A DNA stretch of 64,000 nucleotides. It comes from Leptospira sp. (GTDB lineage: Bacteria > Spirochaetota > Leptospiria > Leptospirales > Leptospiraceae). The notes beneath the pieces are model-generated. The model was not told the DNA's origin. It searched no databases and saw only the letters and a program-made list of their open reading frames with translations. The translations under genes and the position numbers were made by a program. Of this stretch, positions 22,681 to 32,846 are shown piece after piece. Every line of letters starts with the position of its first letter. The stretch's first letter is position 1. The DNA lies in the NCBI GenBank assembly GCA_034439575.1, contig JAWXAQ010000012.1, positions 96,001 through 160,000 of the forward strand. Direction: 5' to 3'.

Positions 22681-24621
22681 ATCCGAATTTGCTTTGCCAA
22701 ACCATTCTACCATAAATTGTAAACTGGTTTGGCCACGAAACGTATTGGTTTCAAGACTACCCACTAAATCAATAGTATCAACCTTAGATATTAAATTTTG
22801 AAATTCGTCTCCTTTATTCCAAATCATATATTTCAAAGAACCACTTCCCATACAATGAAACTTTATATGTTTGCCACCACTAAGTGGAGTTAAGTGAAAT
22901 GCTTTCACAGCTTTTAAGCCTAGTTTAATATCTGGATTTCCTTGTCCAAAGGGTTCTAAATCCTTCCATTCTTTAAAGAGTTTATCATTTATTTCTTCAG
23001 GTCTGATTGTTAGATCTGTTATATAATCATATTCATTTTTATTTGAATGTGAATCATTTAACCATTGTTCTGCTTTTGTGTAAAGTATAGATTCCAGTTT
23101 GGGAATGTTTTCTAACAAAATGGAAAAACCTGCCGCTTCTGGATGGCCACCATAGTGCAAAAATAAATCAGAAAGGGAATTCAATAGTCCAAGAGCATTT
23201 TCTTTGCCATAACATCGTATAGATCCTCTCGCATCGCCATTATCAGGTGTTAAAAAAATGGCTGGTCTCTTATATGTATTAATCATTTTTGTGGCGACAA
23301 TGCCACTGACACCAGGTTCCATATCTGGCTCATAACAAAATACGATAGGTTTTTCCGTTCTTTCTGGTTTTCTTAGGAAATAACGTTCCATGCGATCTAC
23401 ATTTCTTTTGGTTCTTTCTTTTCTATCTTCATTAATTTGTAACAAATCTCTAGCACGTTTAGTGGCAATGTTTATATCTTCACTTAATAGTAGTTTTACG
23501 GCTTCTTCGGTTTTACCCATTCTTCCTGCGGCATTGAGAGCAGGGCCGATGGACCAACCCAAGTCTTTTGTGGAAAGTTTATCTTTGGATAATTTTAATT
23601 CATTAAGCAATGCTCTCGTACCAAAACGTTTGCTTTGGAATTCAGGATCTAAACTTTTACGTAAGGAAAGAATAGCTAACTTAACAATCATTCGATTTTC
23701 ACCAGTCAATGGCATCATATCTGTGATCGTACCTATACCTGCTAAATCTACTTCTTCCAATAAAGAATCATATGAACCGGGTATTTGATTGTTTTGGTAA
23801 AAAAATAAAAATCTTTCCTCATCTAACGGAATTTCATTTTTGTTGAATGTATCTCTACTTGGATAAGGGTGAAGTTGGTATTCTGCGATTTCATTTTCAC
23901 TGAGTGAAACGATTAAACCATTTCTAAAATAAGTATCCCCTGCAGGATCCTTTTTGATATAAACTTTTCCAAATTCATCACTTAACCTGAATAATATGGC
24001 ATGAATCAATTTAAAGGAAATGACAGCTGTGCAGATTTTTTTCTCAGGATATTTTGAATCAATTCGCCTTGGGCTGATTAAAAAAGTTTTTTCAGGAATT
24101 CTGATTGGTATCTCATGATGATCAAGGACTATTACTTGCATTCCCATTTTTGTCAGGGAATCAATTTCATCTCCTTGCGAAGATCCAAAATCAAGAGTGA
24201 TTAAAATATCAGGATTTATTTTCTTAATTTTTTGAATCGCTTCTGTACATAAACCATATGGATCGCTATCGGATGAGGTAACGACAGTTAATTTTAGATC
24301 TTGGAAATATGGATGTGATTTTAAAAAGAAAGCAAGTAAACAAGTGGAAGAAACCCCATCTGAATCCCTATCACCATAAAGTAAGATATGTTTATTATTT
24401 TTATGTGCATTTAGTATACATTCAACAGTTTCTAAAATGTCAGGAAGGGAAAAGGGGGAATGAAGGAATGCGAAACTCGTTTGTAAAAATTCGTGAGGAG
24501 GAAGGATTTTTAATTCTTCTCTCCTATCTACGAAGTACCGAAGTAATGGTTTTTTGGAAGTGGTTTGTGCTCTGATTTCGGCAGGAGTCGGGCCGAACAG
24601 AACCTTTGTTACATGATGCAA
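22669..24621 (-). CDS. recJ: Single-stranded-DNA-specific exonuclease
   Basis: [50 protein letters not shown]. Confidence 0.93.
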   Translation of the reverse strand: MHHVTKVLFGPTPAEIRAQTTSKKPLLRYFVDRREELKILPPHEFLQTSFAFLHSPFSLPDILETVECILNAHKNNKHILLYGDRDSDGVSSTCLLAFFLKSHPYFQDLKLTVVTSSDSDPYGLCTEAIQKIKKINPDILITLDFGSSQGDEIDSLTKMGMQVIVLDHHEIPIRIPEKTFLISPRRIDSKYPEKKICTAVISFKLIHAILFRLSDEFGKVYIKKDPAGDTYFRNGLIVSLSENEIAEYQLHPYPSRDTFNKNEIPLDEERFLFFYQNNQIPGSYDSLLEEVDLAGIGTITDMMPLTGENRMIVKLAILSLRKSLDPEFQSKRFGTRALLNELKLSKDKLSTKDLGWSIGPALNAAGRMGKTEEAVKLLLSEDINIATKRARDLLQINEDRKERTKRNVDRMERYFLRKPERTEKPIVFCYEPDMEPGVSGIVATKMINTYKRPAIFLTPDNGDARGSIRCYGKENALGLLNSLSDLFLHYGGHPEAAGFSILLENIPKLESILYTKAEQWLNDSHSNKNEYDYITDLTIRPEEINDKLFKEWKDLEPFGQGNPDIKLGLKAVKAFHLTPLSGGKHIKFHCMGSGSLKYMIWNKGDEFQNLISKVDTIDLVGSLETNTFRGQTSLQFMVEWFGKANSDLMN

Positions 24622-24929
24622 TTGCCGATAATTTTGGAACCAGATTCCACTTCGAGGCCAGGAGTTTTTATATCTCCGACAACTTTACCAGGTTTTTTTA
24701 ATTCCACTTTTTCTTTGGCTTCCACATTGCCCTTTAAATTGCCAAGCACAAGAAGTGAGCCGACTTCTACATCAGCTTCCACATCACCTGTTTCATCTAT
24801 AATCAATTTACCAGGAGAAGTGATGGTGCCTTTGAATTGACCTTTGATCTTTAGAGTTTGGTTGAAGGAAAGAGTCCCTCTAAAACTAATATCATCATTT
24901 ATGATTGTGTCTACTGATTCGTCTTTCAT
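24609..24929 (-). CDS. Bactofilin (polymer-forming cytoskeletal protein)
   Basis: TIINDDISFRGTL...G.VEADV...G.LKGNV...[24 protein letters not shown] beta-helix pattern. Confidence 0.92.
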   Translation of the reverse strand: MKDESVDTIINDDISFRGTLSFNQTLKIKGQFKGTITSPGKLIIDETGDVEADVEVGSLLVLGNLKGNVEAKEKVELKKPGKVVGDIKTPGLEVESGSKIIGNCIM

Positions 24930-25077
24930 AACTTCTGGATAGGATGATGTGCGACATTTCTTTGGCAACTAGGTTCCTAAAATCCAAACATGTGATCGTT
25001 CAAAAAAGTGCGCCTTTTTGGTTTTTTACTGTTGAATCCTGAGTTTCACCTCAGAGAATGGAAGTGGGCGTTCGTTT

Positions 25078-25404
25078 TTGAAATTACAACAGGTTTTAGA
25101 TACATTTTTTTTAATCATACTCGCCATTTTCATCAATGTAAATGTCATTGATGATCGTTTTGTATCCCCATTAGAAGACTTAAGCCACCAATACCAGTCC
25201 TACGAATTAGAGGAAACCACGCGCATTCTTTCTGTCGCAAGTAAGAAACAAGATCAATTTAAAGTAAGTCTAAGTTTCAAACTTGAGTATCCTGAGAATC
25301 AAACGACAGTGCTCGTAAAATTCCCCAAAGACTGTTTTTATAATTTTGCTACAAATTTACTCAAATCTCACTATATTAGTCTCCCGCCACCTAGTTTGGT
25401 CTGA
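25078..25404 (+). CDS. Upstream leader ORF with N-terminal hydrophobic segment and C-terminal LPPP; candidate arrest peptide controlling czcA
   Basis: TTG start; FFLIILAIFINVNV; ends SHYISLPPPSLV; 66 nt before czcA; the 3' end can pair with the czcA SD. Confidence 0.7.
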   Translation: MKLQQVLDTFFLIILAIFINVNVIDDRFVSPLEDLSHQYQSYELEETTRILSVASKKQDQFKVSLSFKLEYPENQTTVLVKFPKDCFYNFATNLLKSHYISLPPPSLV

Positions 25405-25458
25405 TTCTTGCTTAATAATTGGTAAGACCAAACCAATTCAAATTTTAACATAGGGGAG
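25381..25458 (+). promoter_or_regulatory. SD-sequestering RNA structure with an alternative hairpin upstream of czcA
   Basis: GTTTGGTCT(25394-25402)/AGACCAAAC(25425-25433) perfect 9-bp stem; CTCC(25381-84)+CCTA(25390-93) pair with TAGGGGAG(25451-58); alternative AATTGGT(25417-23)/ACCAATT(25432-38). Confidence 0.6.
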
Positions 25459-25470
25459 GTTTTCGGAATT

Positions 25471-28400
25471 ATGTTAGAGAAAATCATACAATTTTCCATT
25501 CAAAAAAGAGCGACAGTTCTCGTTATCACGGCTGTCCTAACAGTCGTCGGATTTTATAATGCCTTACATCTTTCTATTGATGCGATTCCAGATGTAACAA
25601 ACGTCCAAGTATCGGCTGTCACATCCGTTCCAGGTCTTTCCCCTTTGGAAGTGGAACAATTTATCACATATCCCGTCGAACTAGAGTTTAACGGGATGCC
25701 TAAAGTAACAGAAATTCGATCTATCTCACGAACTGGTGTCAGTTCCGTTACAGTCATTTTTGAAGATGGAACAGATATTTATTTTGCCAGACAATTGGTA
25801 AATGAAAGGTTAAAACAAGCTGAAAATTATATTCCTAAATCTTATGGTCGTCCTGAACTATCACCAATTTCCACAGGTCTTGGTGATATTTATGAATTTG
25901 TTTTGGTTTCAGAAACTCATACACCGGAAGAACTTCGCACGACCATGGAGTGGGAAGTCGCCCGTCAGCTAAGATCCGTTAAGGGAATCATCGATGTTAA
26001 CGTTGTGGGTGGAGATGCGAAACAATTTCAGATCAAAATCGATCCAAGACGTTTATTATCCTTAAATTTAACTCTATCTCATATCACAAAAGCATTAGAA
26101 GGTGCGAATATCAATTTGGGTGGTGGGTACATCCAAAAAGGCGAAGAACAATTTGTGATTCGTGGAGAAAGCCAATTTAAGTCTATCGAAGACATTAGTG
26201 CTTTATCTGTTAGGACTTCTAAAGACGGAATTCCGATTACATTGGCACAAATTGCTAAAGTAGAAACTGGTCCTGCTCTCAGATTTGGTTTATCCACAAA
26301 AAACGGAAAACGAGAAGTAGTGAGTGGCACAGCGATGATGTTACTTGGCAGTAACTCACTCGAAGTTGTAGAAAGAGTAAAACTAAAAATGAAAGATATC
26401 GAATCTCGTTTGCCAAACGGGATGAAGATTGAAGTTTATTATGATCGTTCAGAATTTATTGGACGAACTCTTTCTACAGTTTTTACGAATTTAGTTGAAG
26501 CCGCAATCATAGTCCTTGTTTGTTTGATTCTCACTTTGGGGACAGTCAAGGGTGCGGTCGCAGTTGCCTTGGCCATTCCCGTTTCTATGCTCATTGCTAC
26601 CATCCTAATGAATGCCTTTGGTATCGTTGGAAATTTGATGTCACTTGGAGCACTCGACTTTGGTTTACTGGTCGATGGTTCTATCGTAATGCTTGAATCC
26701 ACCTTACATGGGTTTATTGTCCGTAAGAGTTTTTTACTGACTAAAAATACAGCCCAAGATATGGAAGATGGGATAGAAGAAGTCATCACTGAGTCTTGTA
26801 TGAAAGTTGTACGCGCATCAGCATTTAGTGTGGGAATCATATTACTTGTTTATCTACCTCTAATGACCTTGGAAGGTGTGGAAGGGCGTATGTTTCGTCC
26901 TATGGCCATAACCGTAGCCTTCGCCTTAGGTGCCGCTCTTTTGTATTCGATTACTACGTTTCCCGCTTTAATGACTTTGATTTATAAGAAACCTTTGCTT
27001 CATGAATCCGTATTTTGGGAAAAATTCCAACATAAGTATTTTGATATTTTAACTTACGGCATGAAGTTTAAAAAACAATTTGCACTGACTGGTTTAGGCT
27101 TAGTGTTGTTTTCTTTGTTAGTTGGTGGTTCACTTGGATCAGAATTTTTGCCTCGCATTGATGAGGGTGAGATCGCTGTGGATATCAAACGTCTACCTTC
27201 CACTGCCATCAATCATTCCAGAGATTTAAATTTAGAGATAGAAAAAGTTTTATTAAAATTCCCAGAAGTGATCTCAGTTGTTTCTAAACAAGGAAGAGGT
27301 GAATCCGCCGCTGAACCCATTGGCTCTGAAGAAGGTGAGGCGATGGTAAAGCTTAGACCTAAAAAAGAATGGGTCACCGCCAAAGACCGCGAACATCTGA
27401 TGGAACAAATGAAACATGCCATCAATGACAGTGTGCCTTCCTCTTATATAAGTTTATCACAACCCATCGAAAATAGAGTGAATGCATTGTTATCTGGTTC
27501 CAAAGCAGATATCGTTATCAAAATTTATGGTGATGATCTTAAGACCCTAAAAGGTATCGCAGACAATTATGCATCTAAAATCAAAAAGATCAATGGTGCA
27601 GGTGACTTAAGGGTTCAAAAACTTCTTGGGTTACCTTTGTTAGAAATCAAAATGAATCGCTCTAAGATGGCACGTTATGGTGTGCGAGCCGAAGAAGTAT
27701 TAACTACCATTGAAACACTTCGAGTCGGATTTAATGCCGGTAAGGTGTATGAAGGATACAAACGATTTGATTTGATAGTCCGTCTTGATGCCGATGTGCG
27801 TGACATCGACGTGATAGAAAATGTACCCATCATGACAGAGTTAGGTGGCACGGTACCTCTTGGGCAAGTGACTGACATTGTTATGACAGAAGGGCCTGCG
27901 GCACTTTACCATGAAGGTTTAAAACGAAGGATACTTGTAGAAGTAAACGTTCGTGGTCGGGATATGATTGGTTTTGTGAATGAAGTGCAGGCTGCGACAA
28001 ATGCAATCGAAACAAATTTACCCGATGGCTATTATGTGGATTGGGGTGGTCAGTTCGAAAACTTCACAAGAGCCAAGGCAAGGCTTGGCCTTGTAATTCC
28101 AATTGCCGGTGCCATTATTTTTGCTATGTTATTTATCGCATTTGGCAGCGTCTATTATGCCTTAGGTGTTTTTATGCTAGTGCCCCTTTCCTTATCAGGT
28201 GGAATTTTATCCCTTGTCCTTCGGGGTTTACCATTTTCTATCCCCGCAGGTGTTGGTTTTATTGCTGCTGCTGGAATCTCGGTCCTTAACGGGGTGGTGT
28301 ATGCCTCGGCATTGAAAGACCAACTGAAAATTACTAAAGATCCGAGTAAGGCCGTTGTCGAAGCTGCAGTCTATACACTAAGAGCTGTGGCCACAACAGA

Positions 28401-28728
28401 ACTTGTGGCGATCATAGGATTTTTACCAATGGCGATTGCTTCGTCTGCTGGTGCGGAAGTGCAAAGACCACTTGCGACTGTGGTCATGGGTGGGGTTCTT
28501 GTTGCGACCATCCTTTCTCGATTTTTGTTACCGATCGCGTTTGAGTTCTTAGTGAAATTAGCACAAAAACAAGAATTGAGACAAGCCCAAAGAGAAAAGA
28601 AGATGAATGAATATTTTTTACAAGAAATGAAAAAAATCCATGATGAAGATGATTTAGAAGAAGAAAGTAAGCTAGAAGAGCAAATTTCTCCCAAAAAATC
28701 GCAGAAAAAAAAGAAGGATAAAGAATGA
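25471..28728 (+). CDS. czcA: CusA/CzcA-family heavy-metal efflux RND permease
   Basis: [58 protein letters not shown]. Confidence 0.93.
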   Translation: MLEKIIQFSIQKRATVLVITAVLTVVGFYNALHLSIDAIPDVTNVQVSAVTSVPGLSPLEVEQFITYPVELEFNGMPKVTEIRSISRTGVSSVTVIFEDGTDIYFARQLVNERLKQAENYIPKSYGRPELSPISTGLGDIYEFVLVSETHTPEELRTTMEWEVARQLRSVKGIIDVNVVGGDAKQFQIKIDPRRLLSLNLTLSHITKALEGANINLGGGYIQKGEEQFVIRGESQFKSIEDISALSVRTSKDGIPITLAQIAKVETGPALRFGLSTKNGKREVVSGTAMMLLGSNSLEVVERVKLKMKDIESRLPNGMKIEVYYDRSEFIGRTLSTVFTNLVEAAIIVLVCLILTLGTVKGAVAVALAIPVSMLIATILMNAFGIVGNLMSLGALDFGLLVDGSIVMLESTLHGFIVRKSFLLTKNTAQDMEDGIEEVITESCMKVVRASAFSVGIILLVYLPLMTLEGVEGRMFRPMAITVAFALGAALLYSITTFPALMTLIYKKPLLHESVFWEKFQHKYFDILTYGMKFKKQFALTGLGLVLFSLLVGGSLGSEFLPRIDEGEIAVDIKRLPSTAINHSRDLNLEIEKVLLKFPEVISVVSKQGRGESAAEPIGSEEGEAMVKLRPKKEWVTAKDREHLMEQMKHAINDSVPSSYISLSQPIENRVNALLSGSKADIVIKIYGDDLKTLKGIADNYASKIKKINGAGDLRVQKLLGLPLLEIKMNRSKMARYGVRAEEVLTTIETLRVGFNAGKVYEGYKRFDLIVRLDADVRDIDVIENVPIMTELGGTVPLGQVTDIVMTEGPAALYHEGLKRRILVEVNVRGRDMIGFVNEVQAATNAIETNLPDGYYVDWGGQFENFTRAKARLGLVIPIAGAIIFAMLFIAFGSVYYALGVFMLVPLSLSGGILSLVLRGLPFSIPAGVGFIAAAGISVLNGVVYASALKDQLKITKDPSKAVVEAAVYTLRAVATTELVAIIGFLPMAIASSAGAEVQRPLATVVMGGVLVATILSRFLLPIAFEFLVKLAQKQELRQAQREKKMNEYFLQEMKKIHDEDDLEEESKLEEQISPKKSQKKKKDKE

Positions 28729-29348
28729 AACCGAATTACTACGTAGCACACCCTTGGCATGGATTGGAACTTGGACCCAAAGCTCCAGATGAATTGGATG
28801 TTTTTATCGAACTCACTCCACAAGATCCAGTCAAATATGAAATTGATAAAGCTTCTGGCTTCATTCGTGTCGATAGACCACAAAAATATAGCAACCGTTC
28901 ACCGACACTTTATGGTTTTATCCCAAGAACTTATTCTGGCGAAGCATCGGGCAAACATTGTTCAAAAGTTATAGGTCGGGATAATATCCAAGGAGACGGA
29001 GATCCTATAGACATCTGTGTTCTTAGTGCTAGTCCAATTAACCATGGCAATACGATACTTTCTGTGATCCCGATCGGTGGACTCAGGATGATCGATAAAG
29101 GGGAAGCTGACGATAAAATTATCGCTGTTTTAAAAGGTGATGAAGTGTTTGGTTTAATGAAAGAAATATCAGATGCACCTCAAGCTCTTATCAATAAACT
29201 TCATCACTATTTTTTAACTTACAAACTTGATCCAAATTCTCCCTCAACGGGAACTGTTGAAATTGCAGAAGTGTATGGCCGTGAAGAGGCATTACGTGTG
29301 ATACAATTTGGTATAGAAGATTATATTAAGAAGTTTGTTACCGTATGA
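28725..29348 (+). CDS. ppa: Family I inorganic pyrophosphatase
   Basis: [44 protein letters not shown]. Confidence 0.95.
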   Translation: MKPNYYVAHPWHGLELGPKAPDELDVFIELTPQDPVKYEIDKASGFIRVDRPQKYSNRSPTLYGFIPRTYSGEASGKHCSKVIGRDNIQGDGDPIDICVLSASPINHGNTILSVIPIGGLRMIDKGEADDKIIAVLKGDEVFGLMKEISDAPQALINKLHHYFLTYKLDPNSPSTGTVEIAEVYGREEALRVIQFGIEDYIKKFVTV

Positions 29349-30658
29349 AAAAAAAGTTTCTACTTTATTCTAGTCTAATTTTTATTTCAAGCTTACTTAC
29401 GTTAAACGCAGGTGAGAACGATGAGAGAAATATGGCGCCACTTTTTGTTGGTGATGATACGAATCTTCAAAACTTGGATGCAAAATGGAATTTAGAAGAG
29501 TTAGAAGCATTTGCCGTTTCAAGCAATCCATTGTATCTTCGTGAAAAACAAAATATTGGTATGGCTCGTGGAGATATTATCACTGCGAGTTTATATTATA
29601 ATCCTTTTGTGAACATGCAACAGCAGTTTATGGGTGCTCGTGCGAGTGCCGCAACTGGAATGCCGGAAACTTCGATTATTTATAACCAACCTTTTGATAT
29701 GAGTGGGGTCATTCCCCAAAGAGAAAAAGTCGCCAAACAAGAATTTATGGCGACGATTGCTAGTTTTAATGATTTTGATCGTTTGTTTCGATTGCGATTG
29801 CGCCAAAACTTTTGGACATATCTTTATGTAACGGAACAAATCAATTACCAAAAAGAATTCTTAGAAAATTATCAAGATTTACTGGACCTAACAAAACTTA
29901 GAGCCGAGAAAGGTGATATTTCCTTTTTGGAATATGACCGTCTAACTTTGGAGCGGATTCAGATCGACAGGGAGTATCGAAATGCCCGAATTTTAAGAGC
30001 ACAAGTTGTCAAAAATTTACGTGTACTTATTGGTATTCCTGATACTTCTGTACCTTTGGAAGTGAAAGGTCGTTTAGAGTTTTTTTCCACTAAGGATTTC
30101 GGGATTGATCTTACTGATTTTAATGTAGAAAATCGTCCAGATTTAGTAGCATTAAAAATTCGCCAACAGCGCGAAAGAATGAACATAGAATTAAAAAAGA
30201 GAGAAGTCATTCCTCCTTTAACTCTTGGGATCGAATATTTGAATAAGGGAAATGAAAATGTAACGGGCATATATGCGACGACTCCGTTACCTCTTTTTGA
30301 TAGAAAACAAGGTGAAATTTTAAAATTCGAAGAATCTCATAAAAAACTAGGCTTTGATGTGGAAGCCAAAAGAAATGAGATTGTCACAGAAATTTCCGCA
30401 GCTATTAAAGAATTACAAGCCCGCGAATCTCAGCTTCTCGAATATAAAGCATTTAATTTAATCAATAAAAATAAAGAAGTCCAAGAGAAATCAAGGTTAG
30501 CCTATATTAGGGGAGCATCAAACCTAGTTACTTTCTTAGAGGCTGAGAAAAATTACCTCAACGTATTACGCAGTTATTATGAAATTATTTATCTCTATTA
30601 TAATGCCTTGGAAGCATTTCGTGCTTCTGTAGGAAAAATGGACGCATCAGATTTATAG
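29345..30658 (+). CDS. TolC/CzcC-family outer-membrane efflux protein
   Basis: Signal peptide, KGDIS, NRPDL, PLPLFDRKQG and YxxG repeat pattern of the OEP family; operon context. Confidence 0.88.
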   Translation: MKKKFLLYSSLIFISSLLTLNAGENDERNMAPLFVGDDTNLQNLDAKWNLEELEAFAVSSNPLYLREKQNIGMARGDIITASLYYNPFVNMQQQFMGARASAATGMPETSIIYNQPFDMSGVIPQREKVAKQEFMATIASFNDFDRLFRLRLRQNFWTYLYVTEQINYQKEFLENYQDLLDLTKLRAEKGDISFLEYDRLTLERIQIDREYRNARILRAQVVKNLRVLIGIPDTSVPLEVKGRLEFFSTKDFGIDLTDFNVENRPDLVALKIRQQRERMNIELKKREVIPPLTLGIEYLNKGNENVTGIYATTPLPLFDRKQGEILKFEESHKKLGFDVEAKRNEIVTEISAAIKELQARESQLLEYKAFNLINKNKEVQEKSRLAYIRGASNLVTFLEAEKNYLNVLRSYYEIIYLYYNALEAFRASVGKMDASDL

Positions 30659-30666
30659 GAAAAATT

Positions 30667-31854
30667 ATGGCCAATTCAATTTTAAAATCAGCATTGTTTC
30701 GTAAAGCGAGTATTGGTGTATTGCTTGTTAGTTTAGGATATTTTGGTTATGTGAAATTTTTTGCTTCTGGTAAAAAAACAGAAAGTCTTTCTGAAGATAA
30801 ATCCAGATTCAAAATTTCAGAAGAAATACAAAAGAATCATCCATTTTCAGTGGTTTATTTAGAAGAAAGAGCTGTTGAAGAAGAATTGCAATTGCCAGGC
30901 ACAGTTTCGTATGACATGAATAATGTGGCAAAAGTAGGATCTAGAGTCAATGGACGTATCCTTTCAGTATTTGTAAAAGAAGGCGATCGCGTCAAAAAAG
31001 GCACGCCCTTGGCATCCCTTCAGTCTATAGAACTTGGATCAACAGAAGCTAATTACCTTAAGGCGAGAGCTAGACTCGAAGCTTTAAAAGTACAAGCCGA
31101 TCGTGCTAAAGAATTATACGAAAAAAAAGTAACCTCTGCCAAAGAATATGAAATGTCGCTTATGGATTATAAATCTGTAAAAGCGGATATGGAAACAAGT
31201 AGAAATGCATTAGAAAACTTAGGTTTAAATGATGCTGAAATTTCAAATTTGGAAGCTGGAAAATACAATTCCAAAAATTTATACATTCGGACACCTATTT
31301 CTGGTTCAGTGACAGTCCGTGAGGCTATCATTGGCCAATCTGTAAATGCTCGTGATAATCTTTTTACAGTCGCCGACTTATCTGTGTTATGGATCAATCT
31401 GGAAGTATTTGAAAAAGATCTTAATAGCATTCGAAAAGGAAACGAAGCAAAAGTCATTCCTATCGGTTCATCCAATGAAGACTCATTGAAAGCTGTCGTT
31501 TCTTATGTATCCGAAATCATCGATCCTGTGAAAAAAACAGCTGAGATTCGACTCGAAGTTCGTAATGCAAATGGCAAACTAAGGCCTGGACAAAGTGTAA
31601 CCGCAAGTGTAAAAGGGATGATTGCGGAAAATAATTTGAATAAAATTCGCGTTGTTCCTACGGAATGCATTCACAAAATAGAAGGCGAAAATTTTATTTT
31701 TATCAGAAACACCGATGCCTCCTTTACGGCAAAGAAAGTCACCCTTGGTAAATCGTATGAGAATTGGGTGGAGATCAAATCTGGTGCGGAAGGCACAGAT
31801 GCGATAGTGAAAGATGGATCTTTTGTTTTGAAAAGTGAATACCTAAAATTATAA
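30667..31854 (+). CDS. RND efflux periplasmic adaptor (CzcB-like)
   Basis: N-terminal anchor, RVNGRI..VKEGDRVKKG, IRTPISG, ADLSVLW, LRPG. Confidence 0.92.
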   Translation: MANSILKSALFRKASIGVLLVSLGYFGYVKFFASGKKTESLSEDKSRFKISEEIQKNHPFSVVYLEERAVEEELQLPGTVSYDMNNVAKVGSRVNGRILSVFVKEGDRVKKGTPLASLQSIELGSTEANYLKARARLEALKVQADRAKELYEKKVTSAKEYEMSLMDYKSVKADMETSRNALENLGLNDAEISNLEAGKYNSKNLYIRTPISGSVTVREAIIGQSVNARDNLFTVADLSVLWINLEVFEKDLNSIRKGNEAKVIPIGSSNEDSLKAVVSYVSEIIDPVKKTAEIRLEVRNANGKLRPGQSVTASVKGMIAENNLNKIRVVPTECIHKIEGENFIFIRNTDASFTAKKVTLGKSYENWVEIKSGAEGTDAIVKDGSFVLKSEYLKL

Positions 31855-31861
31855 TTTTTCA

Positions 31862-31890
31862 TTGACATAACATACATTTCCTATTCTTCT
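31862..31890 (+). promoter_or_regulatory. Putative internal promoter of lexA
   Basis: TTGACA at 31862-31867, 36 nt before the ATG; TATTCT at 31882-31887; no SD before the ATG. Confidence 0.4.
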
Positions 31891-31897
31891 GTTAAGT

Positions 31898-32506
31898 ATG
31901 AAAGACCTTACAGAAAAACAAGAACTGGTGTTACAATACATCACAGATACGGTGAGAGAGAAGGGTTTCCCACCTACCATCCGTGAGATTGGTGACCAGT
32001 TCGGTATCACTGCGAAAGGTGCATACGATCATCTCAAAGCCGTAGAAAAAAAAGGCTTTATCCGCACTTCAAAAAACCAAAGTCGTGCCATTGAACTTTT
32101 AAAAGGAAACCAAGACGAAGCCTTACTTGTTAGGGCTTCAGGCATTCCGCTCCTTGGCCAAGTAGCGGCAGGATCGCCTATACTTGCCGAAGAAAACATC
32201 GAAGAATACATTGCTGTTCCTGATGATCTAGCGACAAAACCTGGTACCTTCGCTCTTCGCGTGAAAGGCGATTCCATGATTGAAGCAGGTATTAGTGATG
32301 GAGACATTGCCATTATCCAAAAAAAAGATTCAGCTAGGAATGGCGAAATCGTAGTCGCACTCATAGAAAATGAAGCTACCTTAAAAGTTTTTTATAAAGA
32401 AGCAGATCATATTCGTTTAGAACCTAGAAATGCAAAATTAAAACCTATCAAAACAAAGAAAGCGAGCATTATCGGAAAGCTCATTGGACTTTACCGAATT
32501 TACTGA
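31898..32506 (+). CDS. lexA: SOS repressor LexA
   Basis: LTEKQ, GFPPTIREIG, VAAG cleavage site, GDSM catalytic Ser, ATLK catalytic Lys. Confidence 0.97.
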   Translation: MKDLTEKQELVLQYITDTVREKGFPPTIREIGDQFGITAKGAYDHLKAVEKKGFIRTSKNQSRAIELLKGNQDEALLVRASGIPLLGQVAAGSPILAEENIEEYIAVPDDLATKPGTFALRVKGDSMIEAGISDGDIAIIQKKDSARNGEIVVALIENEATLKVFYKEADHIRLEPRNAKLKPIKTKKASIIGKLIGLYRIY

Positions 32507-32516
32507 TTGACCCACG

Positions 32517-32540
32517 CCGAAGCCTGAAACAAGGTTTCGG
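32517..32540 (+). promoter_or_regulatory. Stem-loop between lexA and the next gene
   Basis: CCGAAGCCT/AGGTTTCGG (one G-U pair), 6-nt loop; no U-tract; ends 3 nt before ATG 32544. Confidence 0.45.
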
Positions 32541-32543
32541 GGT

Positions 32544-32840
32544 ATGTTACTTAAAAAGCCAAGGTTTCGCTTTTTTGCCATTTTGATTTTATCTTCCCTT
32601 TTTCTGCTTTGTGCTCCAAAGAAAGAAATCATCTCAGAATATGATATGAAACGAGTTATGGAACGTTTTGCCCAAAGCCGTATCCAAACAGGCATCACGA
32701 GCGATACGGACAAACCAGCTCCTTCCGATGTATCTTTATTTGAAGAAGCATGTGATGTCTATAGGCTCCCTGTCGAAAAAGCAAAAATCGCTTTAAAAGA
32801 AAAAAATCCCGCTCTTTACGAATCAATTTACGGAAATTAA
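32544..32840 (+). CDS. Putative small lipoprotein
   Basis: Basic N-terminus, hydrophobic core, then LLLC spirochaetal-type lipobox. Confidence 0.7.
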   Translation: MLLKKPRFRFFAILILSSLFLLCAPKKEIISEYDMKRVMERFAQSRIQTGITSDTDKPAPSDVSLFEEACDVYRLPVEKAKIALKEKNPALYESIYGN

Positions 32841-32846
32841 ATCAAA

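Noticed and set aside
24962-24977. Sigma-54-like TGGCAA-N5-TTCCT
   Set aside because: It lacks the invariant GC at -12
25554-28883. Several antisense ORFs within czcA, and similar ones in ispG, nuo, ctpA and the 54021 fusion
   Set aside because: In-register antisense shadows of long real genes
31855-31897. LexA (SOS) box upstream of lexA
   Set aside because: No TTTG-N5-CAAA or CTGT-N8-ACAG palindrome is visible in the spacer
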